This document shows, one piece after another, positions 26,328 through 38,261 of a DNA stretch of 64,000 bases (positions within the stretch are counted from its first letter, which is position 1; every line of letters begins with the position of its first letter). The DNA is from Bugula neritina (taxonomy: Eukaryota > Animalia > Bryozoa): NCBI GenBank assembly GCA_964035545.1, contig OZ037767.1:22088628-22152627 (forward strand), written 5' to 3'. The notes under the pieces were generated by a model. That model was not told the origin of the DNA and did not search any database. It worked only from the letters and a program-made list of their open reading frames with translations. The position numbers and the translations under genes were made by a program.

Positions 26328-29300
26328 TTAAGATGATTTATTTATTTCATTGTCATCCTCTTCGGGTGATGCTACCTTAATGTGACCTTGTAAAGGTACT
26401 TGGCTAATATTTTGATTTAAAGGTTTTTCTAGCACAGGGTGTGTAGGTGAAGTGGTGGGCTTTACTTCCCCGGGCTGTTCCGCCATTAGGTTGTGAAATG
26501 GATTTGGTTTGTCTACGGTTAAGTTAACTCTTAGGCTATTACTTCTTTCACTAGGGGGCACTCTACGCAGGCTGTTCAGACGGTTGTATTCCTGAACCGA
26601 CATAGTTTTCTGTGCAGATCTTCTGATTGATGGATCCTCTGTGAATAGAGGTTTGGGGCCTCTGGGACTCGGTGTCGCATGTCTGTCCCAAGGAGCTACT
26701 TTTGGAGTTGTCCGCTCCCAAGGTGGCACTGATGGACTCTGGGCAGGTGTTGAAGCAGCTGAACTTCTTGCACTGCTATATTGGTACTGACTAATTCCTG
26801 GACCCGGGTTATTTGCTGCCATCGTTGCAGGACTGTAGGCAAAAGGCTTCCCTGGACTAGGCCGTATGTTCATTTTAGGAACGTCGTATATAACCTCTCT
26901 ATTGATGCTGCTAGGTCTCACCACTTTAGGATTGAGTTTGGGTTTAGGTAGAGTTGGTGGAGGGATTTTTAGTTTGTTGGGTCTAGCGGGAGAGTCAAGA
27001 CTTCTGGGAGATGTGGCCTTAGCATCAGTGGCATCATACTTGTCTGGAATACGGGGATTTACTGAGGTCTGCCCAACCAGCCTAATAATTTCAGGCCTGA
27101 AATAGATTTTCTCAGTTCTATCCAGTGTTGCAACTGAGAAATTTGAAGTTCTGTCATCTTCAATGCTATCTGGAGTTATGCTGTGTTCAGGAATTGCTGC
27201 TGGAAGAGCTGTGTGATGTCCGTAGTTCAATGGCAAAGACACTGCAGCTAATTGTGGACTTCTGGCAGGTTTGGGAACCGGGTTTTTAATTGAATTTTGT
27301 TTTACATTTGATGTTGTTTCAGCACTGAAGTTTTCAGCTTGTTTAGATTCTTTGGAGACACTCGGAGAAGGCAAAAGAGATTCGCTAACTCTGCTAATCA
27401 ATGTTGGCTGATAGATAACTGCCGGTGGAGTGGATGGGGTCAAGGTTTTTGGGGATGATGGTGAGTTTAAAGGTTTAGATTGTTCACCTGAAGAAGTACT
27501 TGGTTCCAAGGCCATCGCTTTAGGTGGCTCTTGTGGGGACAAATCAGACTGACACGGTGAAACCAATTGTGGTTGTGTCACAGCTACAGGTGGATCATTC
27601 GGCTTTCGGATTTTCTGTGAAATTAATAAGAAATGGAAATTCTATTATGTTTTTTCAAGGTAAATGTATTTAGGAGCAGCAGCAGCGGAAAAATTGAGAT
27701 AGCCTGTTTCTTTAAATTTCTTTGTAAGTTTTGGTTTGGGGCACAGGTGGGAATTCTTGCGAGAACATAATTTCTTTTTGCTACATTTTTAATCTAGATC
27801 ACAGGCTTTTCTCAATTCTCCATTACTCCACCTACCTCAAATGGTGTATAATTTTTATGTCTATTATATAATATAGCTCACTGAACATGAAGCCAAGGTT
27901 TTTTTTCGATGCAGTACATTGAGCTGCTTTCACCAAATGCTGCATGCATGACTTGAACTTGTATGAATCATAAATATGCATTGAACAAAATAATAATTAT
28001 AGAGTATAGAATGCAAATACCGCAAAACATGGTAGTCACATGATTTGCATGTTACATAGGCTAAACCTGAGTTAGTAGAGATCAGTTAGTAGAAATTAGT
28101 TAGTAGAAATTAGTTAGTAGAAATTAGTCGTTCGAGACTATCAATTAACTTTTGCTTCAATTACCTGTAAGACTTTGTCTCTTTCTTCATTATTTAGTCT
28201 AAAACTGGTGTCTCGGCCTATCCATGAGTTTCGGTGGTAACTTTCAGTTAGATTCTTATCAGTGGCATCGGGTGGAGAAGGAAGGGTTCCAATCATAAGC
28301 GGAACATTATCTTCTGCTCTTTCCTAGTAATAAATGCTTTTGTTATAATTTATAATTATAACAAATAATTATTCAACAGCTAACCCTAAAATGCTGCCAC
28401 ACAAGTCATTAACGCCTCTAACTTTCAACAATTATTTAATTTAAAAATTTAATTGTTGTGACTGACTTTAGAAGCATGGCTTCAGATGCACTCTTATATC
28501 ATTAAAATAAACAACAACACGTCATATGCATTGTACCTAGCAATAGTTACCATTTGAATGTAACTTTTTTCAAATTTCCGTTTTAAAACATAACTTAAGC
28601 CAAATGCATTGCCCATATTTTAGTGAGAACATAATTTCATCTGCTACCTTACCTATCTAGAATATAGGATTTTCTTTATTTATTACTGCACCTACCTCTC
28701 CACAAAAACCTCAACTTTAAACATACTGCGAGAAATTAGTCATAATTTGTAAATAATTGCTCTGACGATGAATAGGACAAAAGGGTGTGCTGTGGTAAGT
28801 TACAGAATATTCCAGCATATTTTTAAATCACGAGTTAAACTCATCAGCTGTAATTTGTATTATCATTCTAATAGTTTCATGTTGTAACTACTGAGCACCT
28901 TAATTGTATAATTATCAGGTATAGTGAAAGTGCAGGTTCGCAGCAAATAATAAAAACAGCATTGGCTATAAGAATTATCCTCTTCATTCAAACGGTGATT
29001 TGTGAATTTCAAAATATATAACAAGCTAGTCCAAAATTTCTAACCATGTCAAACAAAGTAGGTGTGGTAATAAATAAATTGAGAAAAGCTTGTGACCGAG
29101 ATGAGAAATGTGACAAGAGAAGTTATATTCTCTTGCTAGTTTCAACCTGTGTCTCAAGTGAAAGTTTATAAAACAAACTATGCTAATACAATTTCATCTT
29201 TACTGTACCTAAATATTATACGGTCTCCTCTAAACCAGAAGACACGGTCATTTAACATTTAACATATAGAAGTTATGTTCCCTCACCTTGTGGTCACCCG

Positions 29301-32300
29301 CTCCATTTTGGTTGTTTTCTGGCTTTTGTGGAGTTTTAGCCAGTTTTTCTAATTCAATTTCAGATATAGATGGGCCCTGCCTGGCTAGAGTATTGTTGTT
29401 GGCTGTTTTTGAAGCTCCAGCCGTGTTGAATGAGTCCAACTTCCCCCTGAACATATTATAAATACTACATACTTGATACATACAATCTCTAGTTTAACAA
29501 CACACACACTTGTGCTGCTTTGGCATGCAAGTTCAGCATGGTTTAAGATTTAACTAGTATCTTGTTTATAGTGTAAGTTTACAACCTGCTCCAGTAATTT
29601 TAGTATTTAATTTGTATTTTTTTGTCATACACTTACTACTGCAATTGCTGACTAATTGATATTTGGAAAAAGCTATTATAGAATTATCAGCAAAATTAGT
29701 CAACATAAAACAGTTGATGATCGCATCACATTGTAACTTGTATTTTCCATCTGCTATCAGGCATTGATTCAGGCAATTTCTCATCAAATTTTAATAATTA
29801 GGTTTATCCCAGGTTTTGTGGATGGTTCCATTTATTCCAAAACTTCAAAACAGACACTGCATGAACAAGAACACAATGATTAGTTGTACTGGAAGCGAAC
29901 AGTCTAGTAATGTATAGTCTGCAATGATATATAGTTACATCATCTATTATGGTTTTTTTATAATGCTAAACCTTTCAATCCTTCAATCCAATAAATCAGT
30001 TGAGATGAACATTTATTACCCTAGAAACGGTTCCACTTTTTATTTTAGTAGTAAAAGTGTCAACAGCGGTTCACATTTAGATATTTTAACAATTGAAGTG
30101 TTCTGTCATATTGGACATACAGCTGCTACAAAGTTGAACTCTATTTGTCGTGAGCCACACGTACCAAAGTAGTCATGGCAACCCAGGTAGTCATAGCAAC
30201 CATGGTAAATAATTTATTCATTATCATCTACAGGAGCTGATTGTTATAATGCTATCAATCACTTGTTTAGACAGAAAAATCCTGTTGAATGATTGTACAA
30301 GTAACAAAATATGTTAGACATCCATAAAATAATAATACAGAGAAATATTTTCGCAACCTAATTCAAAAGTTATTAAATTATTCCATTGAACTGCAATCTG
30401 AGAAAAAGTGCTGTATTAAAGCTATATATTTATTCTTCATTTGTACAAATTTATGTAATAATAATAATAATATGATGAGACAGCTGGGCCCAAGAGCTTC
30501 TTGGCCAATATAGTAATATGTATCTAATCCACAGTAGAACATCTCCACAGCTTTTATCAAGTTTAACTACTTTAGCTACTTAAATTGTAAATGTCTTACA
30601 AGTTTCATCAAATACAAACAAGAATTTTTAGCTAGATCTTAAAACTGATTGAAAGATTACTGTTTTACTGAATGTTTGGCAGGAAATGGTGGAATTTTGA
30701 AGTGGACCAATGAGCTGTCAATAATTGAGTTAAGCTCACCTAATGTCATGCAAATGCTTCACTCAGTGCATCTAAACTTATCCTTATTAGCTTTTTCTAT
30801 AATTTATTCTACAAACTCAACGTCATGCCTCATCACATGAGCATAATTTAAAACATTACCTTCATATTTCATCAACATCATTGTATAAAAATAACTATTA
30901 ATTATATACAATACTGTGCAAAATTTAAATAATTTGGTTCCAAGCATTGATTAAGAGCCAACTAATTATTGTTTATTGGCATACAACGACTAATAGACTA
31001 TTTACTAGTCTGAGTTGGTCAAACCAAATTTCTAACTATAGAATAAATATAAGAATCTTACCTGCGCATGCAACCGCACCTCCTTAGCAGCAACAGTATA
31101 GTAAGAACTATCAGCATTAGTAAAACCAGCCCACACACTGTAGCAGCTATCACTGTAACAACACAGTAATATGATAATAATATACATATATAATAATTTC
31201 ATTAAAACCCAACATAATTATAAAACTAGGTTTGGAGTTGCGTCACCAATTCAAATGCAATGTATATACATAATTAATTTACATTTTATAAAAACATATC
31301 TCATCACACAGTATATGGTCTCAGAAGTTATTACTAATTCAGCAATGTTATGATTCTGTAAGTTATGTTGGCTGTTTTTGTTTTGTAAACAGAAATTTGA
31401 TTGACAAAGCCACTATTTTGTTCAATAACTACTATATTGTACTGATTCACATCCACTACATAAATCTAATACAGGATGCAGCAATGTTATAGTAAAATGA
31501 TGCATGGTTTTAGATTTTTATACAGTTATATCATATTACAGGCATTTGTTTGCATCCTTTGCTTCATTTAACACAATATGCATGATATGTACATGCGGCA
31601 CTTGACGGGAATACTATAGTATTTACTTTAAACATCTATTCCAGTGGAATTAGTAACAGTATTAGACTAAGCTCCACAAAATAAAGGGGCCTCTTCAATA
31701 ATACAGCTATAAATATTTTACTCAAATAAATCCTTCAAAATATTCTAGTATCTTGCAACTACCCAACAAGTTATTTTAATCTCTGCGCTCTACATGCATG
31801 GCTGGCTGTTTGATAGAACAACCAACCGAGCAGTGCAAGTTAAATTTATAGCATTGAAGCGAATGCCAATACACAATAGCCTACAAAATGTCAACTATTA
31901 GCCAAAGTTCTATTATAGAACAAGTTTAAAGCTTGTGGGGGGGATAGTGGGTAAAAGGTTGTTTAGCATAACTTATAGAACTATTCACAGCGTTCTCCAT
32001 TGCATCAGTGTTGTCCGTATATAGACTTGGTTTTGATGAAACTCAACTTTCCTTTTAGGAAAATATTAGGAAATAAGGATACTTGTGTATCTCAACTAAC
32101 ATAAGAATGACCATTATAGATTTACGTATTACTCTCTTTTCAGGTTTATAAATCCTATTTCATTTAATGTATTGCTTTGGAATGAGGTAGGGCAGTTCTA
32201 GAGAAATCGAGAAAAGCCTGTGTTCTAGATTAGAAATGTAGCAAAAGAAGTTTGGTTTAACTAGCACCCCAAACCAAAATTTATAAAAAAGTTCAAAGAA

Positions 32301-32605
32301 CTTAGGCTAACTCAATTTCTCATATACTGCTCTCAAATTTTGAAGCCTCGTGATTCAAATTGACAGCTTTTTAAAAACTCTATCAAATTTAATAAAAAGG
32401 CATGAAACAAATCTTACATGCTAATAAAAACTTACAAAGCTATTAGAGTAATGAGTGGCTAAGAAATTCTTATATTGAAGGAATTCAACCTGCAGCTAGA
32501 AGAAGTCAGCTTACCAATACCAAGGAGGGCGTATCCAGTGAGAGGGTTCACAACTCCGACCACCACGCTGTTTTTGGCTGTCACTGCTGCTGTCACATCT
32601 GCCAT
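26328..32605 (-). CDS. Uncharacterised single-pass (type III) transmembrane adaptor-like protein, ~595 aa
   Basis: Exons 32605-32515 (aacATGg with in-frame TGA upstream; MADVTAAVTAKNSVVVGVVNPLTGYALLGI), 31152-31062 (VIAATVCGLVLLMLIVLTILLLLRRCGCMR), 29446-29287, 28323-28165 and 27614-26328 (429 codons, Pro/Ser-rich). All GT-AG with compatible phases, 1788 nt in total. A splice acceptor at 32621 implies an upstream non-coding exon. Confidence 0.85.
27677..27828. mobile_element. Short MITE-like repeat, copy 1 (degenerate TIRs)
   Basis: gcagcggaaaaattgagatag ... cttttctcaattctccattact. The internal sequence (ttggtttgg..., ttcttgcgagaacataa..., ttttgctacattt) is shared with 54670-54823. Confidence 0.65.
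28070..28128. repeat. 14-bp tandem repeat (~4 copies)
   Basis: (ttagtagaaattag)n. Confidence 0.8.
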
Positions 32606-34859
32606 GTTAGTCACTCAACAGCTGCAAAATGTTACAAAAGTGTGAGAGAGTAGTCAGGGCTCAGGGACAGACAGCAAACTAGAGATTGTATACTTGTTTA
32701 CACTGCTCATTACAATCTAATCTATTGATACACAATAAATCTTCACGTAGCAACTTTGTAAACTATTCTTAGCACATTTTAATTAACTAATTGCGTTCCA
32801 TGGTTTGCTTATACGTCATTCATGTAATGATGGTTAGAGTAATAGCAGTTACAGTAGGTATGAGTAGTAGTGACGATGGTACCCTGGAATAGTAATAGTA
32901 CTGCTAACTATTGATACTAGATATTACTGTTGATAATATAATCACTGTTTTAGAGTGTATCCTATTGTCCTTACAACAGTATATACTGTACATGCATTAT
33001 TACTGCTGCTTTGCTTTATATCTTGATTTTGAAATTCACAGTTATGTGTTGGCAAGCTAAATGTAGGCTCTGTGTAGACTGTAGACCATTTTAGACTTTC
33101 GGTAGATGATTTTGTTAAGGTGTAGTATCAAAATAGCCGAATTGCTTTAATTTTTTTAATGATTAATGGTTAGAGCCGGAAATTGAAATTCTTACAGAAT
33201 GTCACTTCTTTTGCCACAGTCTTCATCAAGAGACAAGAACACAAACTTTTCTCAATGTACTGCTGCACTTACATCTACTATAATTTGTTAATTTACATAT
33301 CTGTAGAATATAAATAGACCATCACAGGACTGTCTATAGACTATTTGTAGTATCTTCAGGTAGATCTGTAAATCAACTAATGATTTTAGCTTTTTTCAAG
33401 TTGAGATTTTAGCTTTTTTCAAGTTGAGAAAGACTTACAATAAACAAACAGTACTTGAAAGTAAGTAAGTACAGTACACACTCAAGCAGTATCTATTATA
33501 GTATTGAATTACTGAAAAATAATGAATCCACTGGATCAAATTAAATTAGAGTTTGGGGAAAATATGAAATTACCAGAGTTTATAGGATAGTAATTTAATA
33601 AGTGATAAAGTTATTGCAGTCAAGTATGCATATCGGCCCTTTGAAGAGATAATAGTCAAGTCAAGGGAAATTAATTTAAAGTCTGACGTCTCGCTTTGAC
33701 AGTCCTGATGTCTCAATATAAGAGTTGCTCACATTTTAGATAGCCATTCCAACTTTTATCACTTTCTACTCAAGCTTTGCTTACAAAGCCTGCTGTGTAA
33801 ACTCTAGAGCAAAGCTGTTAACTAAATATCTGTTACTTATGTTTAGCATCTATTCTAGTCTACAGAAGTATTTTAGAAAATATGAATAGTATAATTATCC
33901 ACTCAAGCACCAATTAGATTACATAATAGACTGAAGCTGAATACATTCTCTTGCAGATTAGACTGAATAGTCCATTCCTATATCCTTGCTTTGGAAAAGG
34001 CAAAATATTTATCCATAGATGTGGTCGTGGTCACCACTGTAATCTTCTTGAAATAGAAGTAAATATAAATATTTTGTCACTTTAGCTTTCAGGGCTAGCT
34101 AGCATGCAGGCTAACTGCTGTTTTGTTGTTAATGATTCTCTCATTTATCATCCCAGACAAGTTACAAGCACAACACAGATTGGAATAATCAGCACCATCA
34201 TAGTTTACTGATGTGATAGCTACCACAGCTAAATAAATTAACATTCACCATGGCCTGAAACAGCTGAAAGAAAGTCAAGAGTATTATCAAAATTTGGGAC
34301 AACCACAGTGTAATAAAGTAGTCAAGAGATGAGAATACATTAGCAGTAATATATTAATCTCATTTCGGATGAGTGAAACTGTAATCATGTGTGACAACTT
34401 TCAGCATGTACTCTCAACATGTGCCATGTATTGACACTATGAATGATTTGTGTCATTTGATTGTGGCACATGCAGCAGGTCTCCTACATCATAATGTGAC
34501 GTTTGCTGAAGAATTGGTCTGCAGAGGCAACTCAGTGGTGGTTTGTAGACAGATAGAAAGATGGAATTATCAAAGAAACTTGTTTGAATGTGGATCTTTA
34601 CATGATATATAGCTGGCAATAAACATTTATGAAACAAAGCAAATTTTTCTCATTATTACAAAGGTACATTTGTTTTTAGATTTCCTATCAGCAGACTAAA
34701 CTTCACTCCTTGATAGTAAAATAGATTGAATAAACAATCTGTTGATATTGAATAGCTAGCTTGCCCATCATTGAATAACCAAATATTGTGCTGGTATTAT
34801 GTTTAGCCAACCTTCCTACAACAAACTGATAACAACTAAGATGTTGTTACTTTCACTTT

Positions 34860-35447
34860 ATCACCTCACTACATCCTCCAGTAGTCTGCACCTCACTACA
34901 CCACCCAGTAGTCTGCACCTCACTACACCCTCCAGTAGTTTGCACCTCACTACACCACCCGGTAGTCTGCACCTCACTACACCACCCAGTAGTCTGCACC
35001 TCACTACACCCTCCAGTAGTTTGCACCTCACTACACCACCCGGTAGTCTGCACTTCACTACACCCTCCAGTAGTCTGCACCTCACTACACCACCCAGTAG
35101 TCTGCACTTCACTACACCACCCAGTAGTCTGCACCTCACTACACCACCCAGTAGTCTGCACCTCACTACACCCTCCAGTAGTCTGCACCTCACTACACCC
35201 TCCAGTAGTCTGCACCTCATTACACCACCCAGTAGTCTGCACCTCACTACACCACCCAGTAGTCTGCACCTCACTACACCCTCCAGTAGTCTGCACCTCA
35301 CTACACCACCCAGTAGTCTGCACCTCACTACACCCTCCAGTAGTCTGTACCTCACTACACCACCCAGTAGTCTGTACCTCACTACATCCTCCAGTAGTCT
35401 GCACCTCACTACACCCTCCAGTAGTCTGCACCTCACTACACCACCCC
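34860..35447. repeat. 27-bp minisatellite (~22 copies)
   Basis: Unit CACCTCACTACACC(A/C)(C/T)CCAGTAGTCTG. The unit is a multiple of 3, which produces stop-free ORFs on both strands. Confidence 0.95.
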
Positions 35448-35522
35448 TGGGCTCCTTCTAAAGTTATATGTTGAACTAATAAAGTTACACGTTAGTGTTT
35501 CTCAGTTTTGAACCAATGAATA

Positions 35523-35738
35523 CAGTGCTCCCTCTGTATCTCACTAAGCTAATCTGGTCTAGTCGGAACCTCAAATCGTGACAGTAAAAAAACAGATTTA
35601 CCTCATGCATCACTTAAATTCGGCCATATTGCGTTCCTATTCACACAAACACGCAAGTCACAAAACAGGGGTGCAAGCCTTTTTAGAAACCCGTGGAATT
35701 TTGTGAGAAAGGGACTCTGAGAGACAGAGGAAGCACTG
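35523..35738. mobile_element. Tc1/mariner (pogo/Tigger-like) MITE, 216 bp
   Basis: TA|CAGTGCTCCCTCTGTATCTCA ... TGAGAGACAGAGGAAGCACTG|TA: ~21-bp TIRs starting CAGT, with a TA TSD. Confidence 0.8.
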
Positions 35739-36541
35739 TACTTGTTCTTCCAAGACCAGCATATTATTTTTTATAAATTTTGGACTCAGCTATGCAGAAC
35801 AATAGTCTGGTGAATAACTCAACTTGAAAGCCCTTTTACTTCAAAACTTTATGACTTTATAATTGCTTAGAAATAAACCATTCAGCTGAACAGCTGAAGT
35901 TCAAAGAAATATATTAAAATGAGGTTAATGGTGATTAAATTAACCAGAGAGGAGTATATGTAATATATTAATCTGGAAAGCTAATCTGTGAGAAAAATGC
36001 CAGAGCTATAAATTCTAATGACTATCACTGTGAGTCAGTGAGCATCCGGAGATTTGTCTCTGCTTATCTCCATGGCAACTAACAAACTAGCTAACTACTT
36101 ACTAGTATTTCTTATAAATCATGTATTTTGTATCATCAATGGTAATTTCTACCAATTAATTCATGGTCCTCTCCCTGGCACCATGTTACAGTACATTGTA
36201 TGTACATTTATATTTAGTGGTTAATATTATTGTTAGCTATCTAATCATCATCTATTAGATGCAATATCATAGCATCGTTGCCATGGCACCCTTTGTAAAG
36301 AGTCTACTGATAGAGAGGCTTTCAGTAAAATTAACTTTATCTTTTCTAACAGTTTAGCATAGTGCCCCCTCCCTCCAGAAGACTTGGTATAATTATTACA
36401 AATTATGTTGAATATGCAATATAAGCAGATTATTAGCTAGTAGGCTACTAGTATTGCCAAGTATGACTTTTTTGTAATTTATAAATTGTTTGAGCTGTCT
36501 ATGTTTAGTACTGAGTAAATACGTGATTTAAACATCTATAG

Positions 36542-38261
36542 CAGGGGTGTCCAACCTTTTCAGACCGAGGGCCAGTCTGCAAGTTTCAGCTTGAGCTGGG
36601 GGCCACAACATTTTTTTTGTTTTTAAGATAAATTTTCAAGATTCATTAAACATCTGCAGGCCATATGCATTGTAATTATAAGCGAGGGCTAGGCTTTGCA
36701 TGTTTATTAAAATCATAACATATTTGAATAGATATATATTATTTATGTGTGTATGTGTGTATGTGTGTATATATGCATTTAATTAAAATAGGTAAACAAG
36801 AAACATTTCATTTTTATTACTTTAATAATCAATAATTATATATGCATTTATGTTTGTGCATAAGAAATTATACATATATATTTATACAAAGTATATATTC
36901 ATGATTGTACATGCAAATTTAAACAAGATGTGCCAGTGCTAAGAGTCTGTACTCATATCAGTATAGTTATATTTTACAACCATCAGTGAAACACTTGTGA
37001 GTACACAGTGAGTACTGTTTGCCTTGAACAATTCTGTTAATATCTGGTTTCGTATCAGAACATATAACCCTTAGTTACTGGACTAAGTGCTGACTAGTGA
37101 GTGAAGTGTAGTATTTATTTTGTGTATTTCATTTGACTGAAAATTGAAAGCTCAGAGTTCAAACCTTCAAGCCATCTCAGTGCAGTGCAGCGCAGCATCT
37201 AACAAGCAGTCAAAGGTCAAAGGTCACGGCAATCACAAATCCCAAATCATTTCAGTACATACTCGCACAAAATTCATTATAAAACAAAATTGTTTAGGCA
37301 TCTAAACTTAAAACAGTATGTAAATGAAAACTAACATATACATAATAATATTTTAGTACTGCATAAATGAAGTGTGTCAGGGATTCTTCAACTACTTATC
37401 TTTCACAATACAATCAATAAAAGTGAGATCTTAGTTATACTTTCAAAAAAGTCTTGTCTCTATATGGCCTGTCCTGATTAAATGTCTTTGAAATACGTGT
37501 CTGCGCAGGATAGCTAAGGGCAACTTTTTAGCTGCAACTGCCTTGCTGAGGTTTGCATTGTAACTGTGTAAAAATTCAGTAACAGTAATAACAATCTTAT
37601 TTAATTGAAGGCTACTAGAATCAAAATTTAAAAACTATGGTGTGAATCTTATTTTTTCTCAGTGCAGCTTTTTTGGAATTTTTTCATTCTTTTGCACAGT
37701 TATAGAAAAAAACTGCACATTTTTGGCTAATTTTGCCTCAAAAGTTGATTTTTGTAGTACCAGTAAAATATCTTAGCAGGAAAACATGATATCTGAATAA
37801 AAAAGCAATGACTTTTAGATTTTATATAAATTGTGGATTTATACGCGGGAAATGGTATATTTCTTTTCAAGTAGTAAACGCTGTGCATCACTTCACACTT
37901 CAGTGAACGCGTAGAGATGAGCATATAATATAGGCAGCTACATTACTATAAGTCACAGGCTTGCTAGCTAACAGACTATAATGACTAGCTTGCTGTTATT
38001 GGTTGTAGTTTGATCTCAGGCTAAACAATGACAAGTAGGCAACACGCATGCCACCCACAGAACAATATTGTAGAAGAACTTAAACTACATTTTAATAGAA
38101 ATTCTTAGTGGGATGCTTTCAACTATACCATGTGCTGCTGTTTCAGGCTAGTTAGCAAATTTGATGAACAAAAATTTGTAACTTGCTATACCTTTGGGGG
38201 GCCACACAAATATAGCTGGAGGGCCGGATCCGGCCCGCGGGCCGCCTGTTGGACAGCCCTG
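36542..38261 (-). mobile_element. Non-autonomous hAT (Charlie-like) DNA transposon, 1720 bp
   Basis: ATCTATAG|CAGGGGTGTCCAAC ... GTTGGACAGCCCTG|ATCTATAG is a perfect 8-bp TSD, with GGGCC subterminal repeats. The minus-strand decayed transposase C-terminus (FSQMKYTK...LRVICSDTKPDINRIVQGKQ...) lies at ~37000-37155. Confidence 0.9.

Noticed and set aside
34799-35461. 220/192/191-aa repeat ORFs; superficial CRISPR-like regularity
   Set aside because: Pure 27-bp tandem repeat with no unique spacers, in a eukaryotic context, with no supporting splice or start context.
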